This document shows positions 27,818 through 37,775 of a stretch of 64,000 bases of DNA, piece after piece (positions within the stretch are counted from its first letter, which is position 1; each line of letters starts with the position of its first letter). The notes under the pieces were generated by a model. That model was not told the DNA's origin. It made no database searches and saw only the letters and a program-made list of their open reading frames with translations. Made by a program: the position numbers and the translations under genes. This stretch comes from Bacteroidales bacterium (GTDB lineage Bacteria; Bacteroidota; Bacteroidia; Bacteroidales; UBA4181): assembly GCA_031551645.1 (NCBI GenBank), contig JAVBNI010000069.1, positions 19,759 through 83,758 on the forward strand. The letters run 5' to 3'.

Positions 27818-30130
27818 TCACCATTTTGCTTCACTCATCGAATATGGTGCAGCATCAGGTTGTGAAGCCCAATCCTTATTCGGGGTATCGCCCATCTCGA
27901 ATACAAATTTTGCACCCGAAAGAATATCCTCGTGGGTAATGTAGTTTTTGTTGTAGGGCAATCCATTTTTATTGGCCGAATGGATATAAATATTTTTATC
28001 GGAAGCGTCCTTCGCTTTGATCGTAAAAGTCTTCCCGTTCGTCAGATGTATTTTGATTTCAGGGAACATAGGACTTGCCAGAACATATTCGGGTACACCC
28101 GGACAAACGGGATAGAAACCCATAGCTGCGAAGACATACCATGATGACATTTGGCCAGCATCTTCGTTGCCGCACAATCCGCCCGGTCCGATGCTGTATT
28201 CCGTATGCATGATATTACGGACGTGTTGTTGTGTTTTCCAGGGTTGTCCGGCGTAATTGAACATAAACGCTACCTGGTGCGACGGTTCATTGCCGTGCCA
28301 GTAATATCCCTGTGTGAACATCGAGTCCAGGCGTGCGACATAACGTTCACGGCCGCCCATCGCTTCCATCAATCCTTGTGGATCGTGCGGAACATACCAT
28401 GTGTAATGGCGCGGCGTGCCTTCCGTGATGAAAAACTCCTTGATTGACGGATCGAATTTTTTGATGAACTGCCCGTCGGCATATCGTCCTCGGGCCCATC
28501 CCGTCACGGGATCGATTACGTTGCGGTAATTGGATGCCCGTTTCAATAAGTCATGATAGTCGTCGTTTCGGCACAACGACTGGGCTACCTGTGAAAGTAC
28601 AAAGTCATCGTAAGCATATTCGAGCGTCCGCGACACCTGTTCACGACGATGAAAAGCGTCCCATACACTGTCCTCTAAGGGAATGTAGCCGTATTTCAGA
28701 TATGAAACCAATGCCCTCCGGCCTTTTCCGTCGTGGTATTCTTCGGGACTGTCCGTTTCTGCAGTCACAAATGCATTTTTTCGCATTGCTTCGTAAACTT
28801 TTTCTACATCGTATTCGCGGATACCCTTCATGTAGCAGTCGCCAATAAATGCAATCCCGTGATCGCCAATCATTGCGGCGGTGTAGCTGTTCCATGAGGG
28901 GAAAATCGGTAACCAGCCGCCCGTTTCATACTTTTTCAGAAATGAACGTACGTGATCGTTGCTGCGCTCAGGGTTGGTGATGGTCGTAAGCGGAAGGGTC
29001 GCACGGTAAACGTCCCACATCGAAAAATCGCAATAATAGCGCGAACTGTTGTCGCTGCTGATCACTCCCGTTGAGAATGCCGGATAACTGCCGTCGACGT
29101 CACTGTATATACGGGGAAGTATTTTGCTGTGGTACAATGCTGTGTAAAAAATTGTTTTTTGCTCCTCCGTACCTCCTGTCACTTCGATGACCGATAATTC
29201 TTTTTCCCACGCTTGTTCGCTCCGGCGTCTCATTCCTGCAAAATCCCATCCCGGCACTTCGGCTTCCATATTCCGGAGTACTCCTTCGTTTCCTGTGAAA
29301 GAGGTTCCTACTTTAACAAGAATAATTTCACCTTTCTTTACATCGAATTCGATATACGCGCCGATTTGTTTTTGGTTGGAGATACTCGATTGCGATGCGG
29401 TTGGGCTGTTCCCCTGGTAGGTTCCATATCCGGTAAAAGGCTTGTTGAACTGCACCACAAAATGTCCGCTGAACCCTGCCGGTTTGCCCCAGCCTTGGTA
29501 TATTCTGTGTGCCGGATTATACCCGCGGATTTCGCCTTTTTCGGGGTCGATTTCGATAAATCCCTCTCCTTCGTCGCTGTTAGGATTTACCACAATGTAT
29601 GCCTTTCCTGCTTCGTCGAAACGAAACCGGAACAAACCTGTATAACAAAGCCCGGTCATTTCTGCCGCAATTTTGTAATCGTCTAAATATACCGAATAAT
29701 ATGCCGGGGTGGATATTTCCTTCTCATGCCGGAATGAAGATGTACGCGCTTCGGGTGAACAGTTGAGCGTTCCCGTAACAGGCATCAGAGTTACGCTACC
29801 GTAATCCTGCGTACATGAACCGTCCATCCACCGGCTGGCGCGGAATCCTTGTAATAGAGTGTCGGAATAATAATAAGGCGACAGGCATTTGCGTTCGGAA
29901 TCGCGGGTTTGCGGTGTCCAGTTGGTAAGACCGTGAGGCACTCCTACCACAGGGTAAGTATTGGCCAAAAGTTCGGTGCCTTCGCCGAAAGTTTGGGCGC
30001 TGATGGTGGTACTCGCTGCTGTGCCGATTAATGGATCAACATATTGCAACACGCCTGCCGGCTTATTTTGGCATGCGTAGAAAACCGATATGACAGATAA
30101 AGTAATACTATAAAATAAAATACGATTCAT
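27818..30130 (-). CDS. GH92 family alpha-mannosidase (lipoprotein)
   Basis: A start at 30130 gives MNRILFYSITLSVISVFYAC. The N-terminal motif YVDPLIGT and the GH92-like body are paralogous to 4323-6695. Confidence 0.85.
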   Translation of the reverse strand: MNRILFYSITLSVISVFYACQNKPAGVLQYVDPLIGTAASTTISAQTFGEGTELLANTYPVVGVPHGLTNWTPQTRDSERKCLSPYYYSDTLLQGFRASRWMDGSCTQDYGSVTLMPVTGTLNCSPEARTSSFRHEKEISTPAYYSVYLDDYKIAAEMTGLCYTGLFRFRFDEAGKAYIVVNPNSDEGEGFIEIDPEKGEIRGYNPAHRIYQGWGKPAGFSGHFVVQFNKPFTGYGTYQGNSPTASQSSISNQKQIGAYIEFDVKKGEIILVKVGTSFTGNEGVLRNMEAEVPGWDFAGMRRRSEQAWEKELSVIEVTGGTEEQKTIFYTALYHSKILPRIYSDVDGSYPAFSTGVISSDNSSRYYCDFSMWDVYRATLPLTTITNPERSNDHVRSFLKKYETGGWLPIFPSWNSYTAAMIGDHGIAFIGDCYMKGIREYDVEKVYEAMRKNAFVTAETDSPEEYHDGKGRRALVSYLKYGYIPLEDSVWDAFHRREQVSRTLEYAYDDFVLSQVAQSLCRNDDYHDLLKRASNYRNVIDPVTGWARGRYADGQFIKKFDPSIKEFFITEGTPRHYTWYVPHDPQGLMEAMGGRERYVARLDSMFTQGYYWHGNEPSHQVAFMFNYAGQPWKTQQHVRNIMHTEYSIGPGGLCGNEDAGQMSSWYVFAAMGFYPVCPGVPEYVLASPMFPEIKIHLTNGKTFTIKAKDASDKNIYIHSANKNGLPYNKNYITHEDILSGAKFVFEMGDTPNKDWASQPDAAPYSMSEAKW

Positions 30131-30315
30131 CTTAAATGTATGGGTTTCCTGCAAAAATACTGAAAATTTTGTGTTGAAAGTCAATCAATTGTAAGAATTA
30201 AAAAAACATTCTATAAATATGTGCAACATTTTTAAATTAATCTCGTATTAAACAGAGTATACTTTTTGAATTGCAAAGTCTAATTTTATAAAATTTTAAT
30301 TAATTGTAGTAAAAA

Positions 30316-31143
30316 ATGAAAAAAGTAAGTTTTTTGATTGTAGCAGCCATTATGGCTGTAAGTTCAGTATTTGTAAGTTGTACAAAGGATGATGATCCGG
30401 CAGCGGCTCCGACCATCCAAGCTCTTTTAAAGGGCGGCACAACAACGGGATTTACTGAATTAACCGAACTAACCGTTAAAGTAGGTGAGCCGGTCTCTTT
30501 CCAAGTAACCTACAAAGCCGAAGGAAAAATTAAGCAAATTGATTTCAAAGTAGGTAGTGCTAACGTGGATGGATTCCCGAAAGTGAGCGATAAAGGTGAT
30601 TTCAAATCCAAATCAGAGATATCGTATACTGCCACATTTGACACGACTTTTGTTACAGCCGGGACGTATACTTATACAACCCTTATTACTGATCAACAAA
30701 GTCCTTCGTTGAATGCAACTACGACTTTGACGATCAAGGTTGAAGCAGCTACCACTCCTTTGGAAGCAGCCGTAGCTTTTGACTTGACCTACACAGGTAC
30801 AAGTCAATCTGATGGAAAAAACATCAATAGCACTTATGATGTTAAGTTTGCAGCAATTACGGATGCTACTACCGGCAAAATATCCGTGGTCACTACTGGT
30901 GATAAATTTGTTAAATTGACCGCTAAAGCAGACTTTGATGCCATTACAACCAAGGAAGGCCTTAAAGCGGCTTATGATGCTGGTGCGGCCTCAGGTATTG
31001 CCGATTTCACTGTCCAAAGCGATGCTAAATTTGCGGCTGTATATTTTCTGTCAAAGTCAAATGATGTTTATTATAAAATTCAAATGACAAACTTGAAATT
31101 TAATCCTGGAAATAATGTAGCAAGTTTTTCTGCTCAGAAATAG
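30316..31143 (+). CDS. hypothetical surface lipoprotein (275 aa, Thr/Ala-rich, Ig-like N-terminal half)
   Basis: A lipobox (VFVSC) is present, and a strong terminator follows. I recognise no family. Confidence 0.6.
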   Translation: MKKVSFLIVAAIMAVSSVFVSCTKDDDPAAAPTIQALLKGGTTTGFTELTELTVKVGEPVSFQVTYKAEGKIKQIDFKVGSANVDGFPKVSDKGDFKSKSEISYTATFDTTFVTAGTYTYTTLITDQQSPSLNATTTLTIKVEAATTPLEAAVAFDLTYTGTSQSDGKNINSTYDVKFAAITDATTGKISVVTTGDKFVKLTAKADFDAITTKEGLKAAYDAGAASGIADFTVQSDAKFAAVYFLSKSNDVYYKIQMTNLKFNPGNNVASFSAQK

Positions 31144-31161
31144 GTCATTATTTGTTATTAT

Positions 31162-31195
31162 AAAAAAGCCATTTCTCGAGAGATGGCTTTTTTGT
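31162..31195 (+). terminator. intrinsic terminator
   Basis: AAAAAAGCCATTTCTC / GAGAGATGGCTTTTTT form a hairpin with a T-tract 19 nt after the stop. Confidence 0.8.
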
Positions 31196-31297
31196 TATTC
31201 ATGCTTTACTAAAGTCACCCTCAATGAGAAAATTTACCTCTGGAAAATAGTTTGACAATTCTTTTGCATGTAGTTTGAAATTAAATTTCTAATATGG

Positions 31298-31305
31298 TAT
31301 TTTTG
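31298..31305 (+). promoter_or_regulatory. candidate -7 box TATTTTTG
   Basis: The box matches TAnnTTTG and lies 26 nt upstream of ATG 31331. Confidence 0.4.
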
Positions 31306-31330
31306 TGATTACATCAATCAAACCATTATT

Positions 31331-32611
31331 ATGAATAGATTATTTTCAAAAGGCGGAATCCATATTCGAATAATATGGATTGGCTGTTTGCTTTTGTTTT
31401 GCGGATATACAGGAGTTTTTGCAAATGATGATCCTTTTCTTGCCTATTGCAACAGTATTCCAACGATAAAGCGGGTAATTAGTGAAGAGTCAATGGGTGA
31501 TTACCCCAACCGGATTGTTGTCAGAAAGTTCATATTCAATTCCCGTGACCATATCAATGAAGTATATGGGATCATGGCTGTTCCGGCCGGCGAAGGTGTT
31601 TTTCCGGCTATCTTGTTTTTGCACGGCGGAGGCGGTAATGCAGAAACGGTGTACGGTCTGGTAGTCGATTATGCCAGGCGTGGATATGTGACAATGGCTA
31701 TTGATCTTCCGGGCTTATGTGGAGCCAACAATACGCCTTATACCAACGGGATATGGAAAACGGTGGAAAAGGAAAAAGGAATGGAAGAAGCCCGGATCGT
31801 CGGCGATCATGTAGAAAAGAGTACGCTCGTCGATGCTGAGGTTGCCGGAATGGAAGCGATTAATTATTTGACGGCACAATCCAAAGTCAATGCTTCCAAA
31901 ATTGGTATCATCGGATTCTCCTGGGGCGGATATTCTACGACGATGCTTTCGGGCTTGATGGGCGGGAAAGTTAAGGCGGCGTATGCGGTTTACGGATGCG
32001 GGTTTTATGAAAAAGGTTCTTTCTGGTTGAAATGGATCGATGCACTTCCGGAGAAAGACCGGCAAGCATGGCTGACATACCTGGATGCAGGCCGGAGGGC
32101 GCCAGCCATCAAAGCAGCTTATTTTATCGAAGCGGCTTCCAACGATACTTTTTTCTGGCCTCCGGCTGTGATGGCTACCCTGAAAGCAATCCCCGGAGAA
32201 AAGAATCATGTATGGGGCGTGAATTTAAATCATAAGCAACTGCCCTCAGCAAACCTGATGCAACAGCTGTATTTTGATTATCACCTGAAAGGAGTTGGGA
32301 AACCCTTTTCAAAAGTGTCCGTATTAAGTATTGAAAAACAGAAAGATGGCGGTAAAAAAGTCATCATATCAGTGGATATTCCGGAGGGGGTTGGACTTGC
32401 CTCTGTAAAACTATACCATAGCAGGGAGCCGGAATCAAAAAAATGGCAAGAAAGAGAGTGGAGGGAAATTACAGCCGGGCAGATTTCGCAAAATACATTT
32501 GTTGTGATACTTCCCAAAAATGAAGTTGATCTGAAAGTCGATTTTTTTATTTCTGCCGAGGATAATCGGGGAGTAATCACTTCTTGTGATATTTACAATG
32601 CGGCTTTGTAA
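31331..32611 (+). CDS. alpha/beta hydrolase (dienelactone hydrolase / acetyl-esterase-like)
   Basis: A signal peptide, the segment ILFLHGGGGNAE and the nucleophile elbow GFSWGG are present. Confidence 0.7.
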   Translation: MNRLFSKGGIHIRIIWIGCLLLFCGYTGVFANDDPFLAYCNSIPTIKRVISEESMGDYPNRIVVRKFIFNSRDHINEVYGIMAVPAGEGVFPAILFLHGGGGNAETVYGLVVDYARRGYVTMAIDLPGLCGANNTPYTNGIWKTVEKEKGMEEARIVGDHVEKSTLVDAEVAGMEAINYLTAQSKVNASKIGIIGFSWGGYSTTMLSGLMGGKVKAAYAVYGCGFYEKGSFWLKWIDALPEKDRQAWLTYLDAGRRAPAIKAAYFIEAASNDTFFWPPAVMATLKAIPGEKNHVWGVNLNHKQLPSANLMQQLYFDYHLKGVGKPFSKVSVLSIEKQKDGGKKVIISVDIPEGVGLASVKLYHSREPESKKWQEREWREITAGQISQNTFVVILPKNEVDLKVDFFISAEDNRGVITSCDIYNAAL

Positions 32612-32640
32612 AATTGAGAATTGACAATTGAGAATGACAA
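32612..32640 (+). repeat. period-7 tract AATTGAG AATTGAC AATTGAG AATGAC
   Basis: The tract starts 1 nt after the stop codon (32609-32611). Confidence 0.7.
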
Positions 32641-32850
32641 ACTCCGTTGGGTTTGTGGGCTCAGTAAAAAAATCAGTGTAAAAAGCTGGGAATACATTAT
32701 TTTAACGTATTTTTGTATCGATTGAAAGGTTTTCTATCGCAAAGTTTATCGACTATTTTCAACGAATATATTTCGGTATATTCCTGATTAGCGATGGCGG
32801 ATTTGAAGGTTTATTTTGAAGTCATTTCTTTATCTAAAATCAATATCTGC

Positions 32851-34743
32851 ATGAAAAAAATACATTTATCAACCATTTTGTTTTTAAGTTGCTTTTTATT
32901 GCATGCTAAGGAATACCATGTTTCAGTAAAAGGTAACGATGCGAATTCCGGTAGCGAAAATGCTCCGTTCAGAACCATCGGAATGGCTGCGCAGACGGCT
33001 TATCCCGGTGATGTAATCACTGTCCATGCGGGAACTTACCGCGAATGGGTCAATCCGCCGCGTGGCGGGGAAAATGACGACAAACGCATTGTATACCGTG
33101 CTGCTCCCGGCGAACGGGTCGAAATAAAGGGTTCGGAAAAAATCACAAATTGGCAGAAAGAGAAGGATGGAGTATGGAAAATTGTATTACCGGGCGACTT
33201 TTTCGGAGATTACAATCCTTACGAAGATTTGATATATGGCGACTGGTTCAGCGATCTTGGCCGTATCCACCACACAGGCGAAGTTTTCCTGAATAACAAG
33301 TCGCTATATGAAGCAGAAGCGCTGGATAAGGTATACCATCCTGTGCCGAATACCCGGACGACGGATCTCGAAGGAGCTAAATACACGTGGTATTGTGAAA
33401 AAGACGGATCTAATACGGTAATTTGGGCTAACTTCCACAACTACAATCCGAACAAAGAGATGGTTGAGATATCTGTGAGAAGGACATGTTTTTATCCTGA
33501 AAAGCCGGGGATCAATTATATTACCATTAATGGATTTCACATAAACCAGGCGGCCACCCAGTGGGGTGCGCCCACGGCCGAGCAGATCGGTATGATAGCC
33601 ACGCATTGGAACAAAGGGTGGATCATTGAAAATAATGTTATCAGCAATTCGAAATGTTCGGGGATCACCCTGGGTAAGGAACGCGGCACAGGCCACAATG
33701 TGTGGTTGAACGATATGAGTATCGATGGTTCATTACATTATATCGAGGTGACGTTTAATACCATACGGAAAGGATGGAACAAGGAAAATATCGGTTCGCA
33801 CATTGTCCGCAACAATACGATATTCGACTGCGAGCAAACAGGTATATGCGGCAGTATGGGAGCGGCTTTCAGTATTGTCGAAAACAATCATATTTATGAT
33901 ATATGGACCAAACGTCAATTTAGCGGGGCGGAAATCGGCGGTATTAAATTCCATGCAGCAGTGGATACAAGGATACGGAACAACCGGATACATCACACGG
34001 GAAGGGCCATATGGCTCGACTGGATGACCCAGGGAACACGTGTTTCGGAAAATCTTTTTTACGGTAACGATCTTGAAGATCTGTTCGTGGAAGTGAATCA
34101 CGGCCCATTCCTGGTGGACAACAATATTTTCGGATCGCCTGTCAACCTGCGCGATCAGTCGCAAGGTGGAGCATACGTTCATAATTTGTTTGCTGGTAAA
34201 ATACATAATTATGTGGAACACAATCGCTACACTCCTTATTTTTTGCCGCATTCGACCGATGTGGCGGGTCTTTCCATTATCGTGGGCGGTGACGACCGGT
34301 TTCTGAATAACCTGTTTGTCCCGGTCCGGGTTGCCAATAAGAAAAAAATATCCGGAAAATATGGCTTGTCAGGATACAATAAAGAGGTATATCCTATGAT
34401 GGTCGATGGGAACGTATACTGTGGTCAAGCCTTATCTTTCGATAATGAAAAAAATCATATGGTAATGCCGGATTTCAATCCCGACGTGAAAATAGATGAT
34501 AAGGGAAACGAAGTTTTTGTGTCATTTGCCATGCAAAGCTTGGACAATTTGAACCCCGAAAAGGTAACCACCGAACGTTTGGGCAAAGCCAAATTGCCAA
34601 AAGAATCTTATGAACAACCTGACGGAAGCCCGATTATGATCGATTCCGATTATTTGGGCAGGACCCGTTCAGATCATCCCAAGCCAGGACCATTCGAAAC
34701 GTTGAAAAATGGTAACATGCAATTTAAAGTCTGGCCACAGTAG
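32851..34743 (+). CDS. right-handed parallel beta-helix repeat protein (DUF1565-like N-terminus), secreted
   Basis: ATG 32851 gives a signal peptide. The N-terminal segment YHVSVKGNDANSGSENAPFRTI...GDVITVHAGTYRE is present, with repeated NN.I beta-helix turns. Confidence 0.7.
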   Translation: MKKIHLSTILFLSCFLLHAKEYHVSVKGNDANSGSENAPFRTIGMAAQTAYPGDVITVHAGTYREWVNPPRGGENDDKRIVYRAAPGERVEIKGSEKITNWQKEKDGVWKIVLPGDFFGDYNPYEDLIYGDWFSDLGRIHHTGEVFLNNKSLYEAEALDKVYHPVPNTRTTDLEGAKYTWYCEKDGSNTVIWANFHNYNPNKEMVEISVRRTCFYPEKPGINYITINGFHINQAATQWGAPTAEQIGMIATHWNKGWIIENNVISNSKCSGITLGKERGTGHNVWLNDMSIDGSLHYIEVTFNTIRKGWNKENIGSHIVRNNTIFDCEQTGICGSMGAAFSIVENNHIYDIWTKRQFSGAEIGGIKFHAAVDTRIRNNRIHHTGRAIWLDWMTQGTRVSENLFYGNDLEDLFVEVNHGPFLVDNNIFGSPVNLRDQSQGGAYVHNLFAGKIHNYVEHNRYTPYFLPHSTDVAGLSIIVGGDDRFLNNLFVPVRVANKKKISGKYGLSGYNKEVYPMMVDGNVYCGQALSFDNEKNHMVMPDFNPDVKIDDKGNEVFVSFAMQSLDNLNPEKVTTERLGKAKLPKESYEQPDGSPIMIDSDYLGRTRSDHPKPGPFETLKNGNMQFKVWPQ

Positions 34744-34798
34744 ATATAAGTGTATTGCTAGTTTTCTTCATAACTTATCATTTTGTTAACCAATATTT

Positions 34799-36061
34799 AT
34801 GATAACATCAAAACAACGCGTGCAGGACGCACTAAATCATAAGACCCCTGACCGGATACCGGTCGATTTTGGGTCTACTTCTGTTACTGGTATTCATTGT
34901 AAGGTAGTAGAAGCATTAAGGGAACATTATGGATTGGAACGGCGGCCGGTGAAGGTAATTGAACCATTCCAAATGCTGGGCGAAGTCGATAGCGATTTGC
35001 AGGAAATTATCGGAATAGATTGTGTCCCTGTTTTCGGGCAGAAGGACATGTTCAATATGGATGGAACCCATATGCATGAACAGGTTACCCCGTGGGGGCA
35101 AAAAGTATTAATAACAACCGGAATAGATTTTACGCCCGACGAAAATGGGGATGTATATATCTATGCCGGGGGCGACCGATCATATCCGCCAAGTGCGGTT
35201 ATGCCGAGCATCTGTTATTTTTTCAATGCAATAGAACGCCCGGTAGAGATTGACGACAGCCGGCTCGACCCATCAGATAACCTTGAGGAATATGGGTTTC
35301 TTTCTGACCATGATTTGAAGTTCTTTACGGATGCCGTTAATAAAGCAGCTGCCACCACCAAAGCAGTAGTGGCAAGTTTCGGAGGTACGGCTTTGGGCGA
35401 TATCGCTTTTATTCCCGGCATGGGATTAAGTCAGCCGAAAGGTATCCGTGGTATTTCTGAATGGTATATGTCCACCATTCTGCGACAGGACTATATTCAT
35501 GCTATGTTCGAACGCCAGATAGAAATAGCCATTAGCAACTATCAAAAGTTGTGGGAGGCAGTAAGCGAAAAAGTGGATGTGGTATTCACTTGTGGTACGG
35601 ATTTCGGCACGCAGGAATCGCAGTTTTGTTCTCCCGATATGTTTAACAGTTTGTGGTTGCCCTATTATAAACGTATGAACGATTGGATACACCAGAACAC
35701 AACATGGAAGATATTTAAACATTCATGTGGGGCGATCCTACCTATTCTTCCCGGATTTATCGAAGCAGGTTTTGATATCATTAATCCCGTTCAGATTAAT
35801 GCAAAAGATATGGACTCCAATCGTTTGAAAAAAGAATTTGGCGATCGTGTGACATTCTGGGGAGGAGGAATCGATACACAGGGTATATTACCGAATGCTA
35901 AACCAGATGAAGTCCGTAGCCACGTGTTGAAACAATGTGAAATATTGGGTCGTGACGGAGGTTTTGTATTCAATGTGGTTCATAACATCCAGGCCAACGC
36001 GCCGGTTAAAAATGTTGTGGCCATGGTTGAAATCTTGCGGGAGCTCAGAGGGCATCATTAA
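34799..36061 (+). CDS. uroporphyrinogen decarboxylase (URO-D) family protein, cytoplasmic
   Basis: The N-terminus QRVQDALNHKTPDRIPVDFG and the TIM-barrel URO-D/MtaA-like body are present. There is no signal peptide. Confidence 0.7.
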   Translation: MITSKQRVQDALNHKTPDRIPVDFGSTSVTGIHCKVVEALREHYGLERRPVKVIEPFQMLGEVDSDLQEIIGIDCVPVFGQKDMFNMDGTHMHEQVTPWGQKVLITTGIDFTPDENGDVYIYAGGDRSYPPSAVMPSICYFFNAIERPVEIDDSRLDPSDNLEEYGFLSDHDLKFFTDAVNKAAATTKAVVASFGGTALGDIAFIPGMGLSQPKGIRGISEWYMSTILRQDYIHAMFERQIEIAISNYQKLWEAVSEKVDVVFTCGTDFGTQESQFCSPDMFNSLWLPYYKRMNDWIHQNTTWKIFKHSCGAILPILPGFIEAGFDIINPVQINAKDMDSNRLKKEFGDRVTFWGGGIDTQGILPNAKPDEVRSHVLKQCEILGRDGGFVFNVVHNIQANAPVKNVVAMVEILRELRGHH

Positions 36062-36175
36062 GGTAAGCAATTGACTATTGATAATTGATTATCGAATATT
36101 GGCGTAATTCGGATTAATTTTTTTTGAGGTACTATTTTTCTTTTTTATCCCGAAAAAAGAACAAAAAACGGGTCG

Positions 36176-36345
36176 ACGATTACTCGCCTGTCGGCTCGTG
36201 AGATCGCTTGTGCTAAGTTTAACGCGGTTGCTTATGAGGGTTTCGCCGTTCGCCTTGTTGGCGCTAAGCCCGCCTGAATGACATAGTCGGGCAGGTCATT
36301 AACCATTTATCATTGATCATTACTTAATAACCATACAATCCATTT
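36176..36345. repeat. composite intergenic repeats: family E units, D1 element, then a reverse-oriented period-7 tract
   Basis: CTCGTGAGATCGCTTGTGCTAAGTTTAACGCG resembles 41128-41165. CCCGCCTGAATGACATAGTCGGGCAGGTC is the reverse complement of 62794-62824. Confidence 0.7.
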
Positions 36346-36473
36346 TATCAAATTGTCAAATCCATCAAAAGAAAAAATATTTTCCCTGTTAATCGATTGT
36401 TTAATCATTTTATTAAGTCATTGGCTTTTACTTTAGGGAATTAATCATCCGGACAATCAAAATTATAACTGTT

Positions 36474-37763
36474 ATGAAAAAGTTTTTTATCTTATTGGTT
36501 TTCTCTCTTTGTTTTTCGGGGATATTGACGGCTGCACCCGGTAAATTGATGGCCGGAACTGCCAAAGTGGATATTACTCCACCAAACCCGAAGTATCCTG
36601 TGCATGACCGTTTGTATGCACGAAGCCTTATCCTTGATGCGGGTGGCATGCGTATCGCATTTATTTCTTATGACAATACCGGCTACAGCAACAACAAATT
36701 AGTGGCTGAATTGAAAAAGAAATACAATTTGCAGAATATATATTTCTGCCAGTCGCACACTCATTCAGGTGGTTGGGGCGATCCGGCGCGTACCGAAGCT
36801 TTATTTACGGAGGTGATTGATAAGGCTTCGAAGAGCATGTTTGAGGCTCGTATTTCCGGTGGACACCGTACTTTTCCGCAATTGAGCTTTAACAGGTTGA
36901 TTGTTCGCGATGATGGACATGCCCGTGAATCGTGGTTTGCCGACGATCATTACCGCTACATCAATAGGGAACGCTTACCCCATGGCCCGATCGATCCTGT
37001 TGTAGGGGTTGTCAAATTGGAAGATACAAAAGGGAATCCCCGGGTAATTCTCATGAATTATGCATGCCATCCCGATGTGGTGTGGAACAATTTTGAAATC
37101 TCGGCCGATTATGTGGGCTATGCTACAAAATATACGGAGGAAGCATTTGATAACAAGGTCAATTGTCTTTTCATACAAGGTGGGGCAGGTAACCAGGCTC
37201 CCCTTTTCAAGGATGGCGGAAGGACCGGTCCGGACGATCCGCGCAAAGCAAACTACGATTTGATTGAACGTATGGGCAAGTTACTGTCTATCGAGGCGGT
37301 AAAACTCGCAAAAGAGTTGTATCCCAATCCATATGACGCGGCCGATATAAAAATGAAATCCGACTCGTTGAAGTTTACCGGCCGTTTCGATAAAACGCGT
37401 AGTTTCAATCCGCATTTCTCAACCATTATCATTAACAACAGGTATGCCATCGCCACATTTCCCGGGGAACCTTTCATTAAGTTCCAGATCGACTGGAAAC
37501 GGGAAATTGAACCATATGATGCCATACCTTTCTTTTTTGGATATGTGTGGGAAGGCGGAAGGGTGCCCGGTTATGTTCCCGATGTGAGGTCGGCGGCTTT
37601 GGGCGGTTTTGGCGCCGATCAAAATGTCAATGGTATTGAAGTGGGAGCAGGAGAAAAAATTATGCTTGAACATCTCGAGAATTTCTATATCCTTAACGGT
37701 CTCATGAGGTTTGAAATAGGTCCGCGCGAACACCGGTTGGACGACGGGACAGTTTTAAATTAA
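36474..37763 (+). CDS. secreted hydrolase resembling the neutral/alkaline ceramidase N-terminal domain (paralog 1)
   Basis: A signal peptide is followed by AGTAKVDITPP...VHDRLYARSLILD...SHTHSGG, a pattern like the ceramidase N-terminal domain. Confidence 0.5.
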   Translation: MKKFFILLVFSLCFSGILTAAPGKLMAGTAKVDITPPNPKYPVHDRLYARSLILDAGGMRIAFISYDNTGYSNNKLVAELKKKYNLQNIYFCQSHTHSGGWGDPARTEALFTEVIDKASKSMFEARISGGHRTFPQLSFNRLIVRDDGHARESWFADDHYRYINRERLPHGPIDPVVGVVKLEDTKGNPRVILMNYACHPDVVWNNFEISADYVGYATKYTEEAFDNKVNCLFIQGGAGNQAPLFKDGGRTGPDDPRKANYDLIERMGKLLSIEAVKLAKELYPNPYDAADIKMKSDSLKFTGRFDKTRSFNPHFSTIIINNRYAIATFPGEPFIKFQIDWKREIEPYDAIPFFFGYVWEGGRVPGYVPDVRSAALGGFGADQNVNGIEVGAGEKIMLEHLENFYILNGLMRFEIGPREHRLDDGTVLN

Positions 37764-37775
37764 TCACTAAACGAT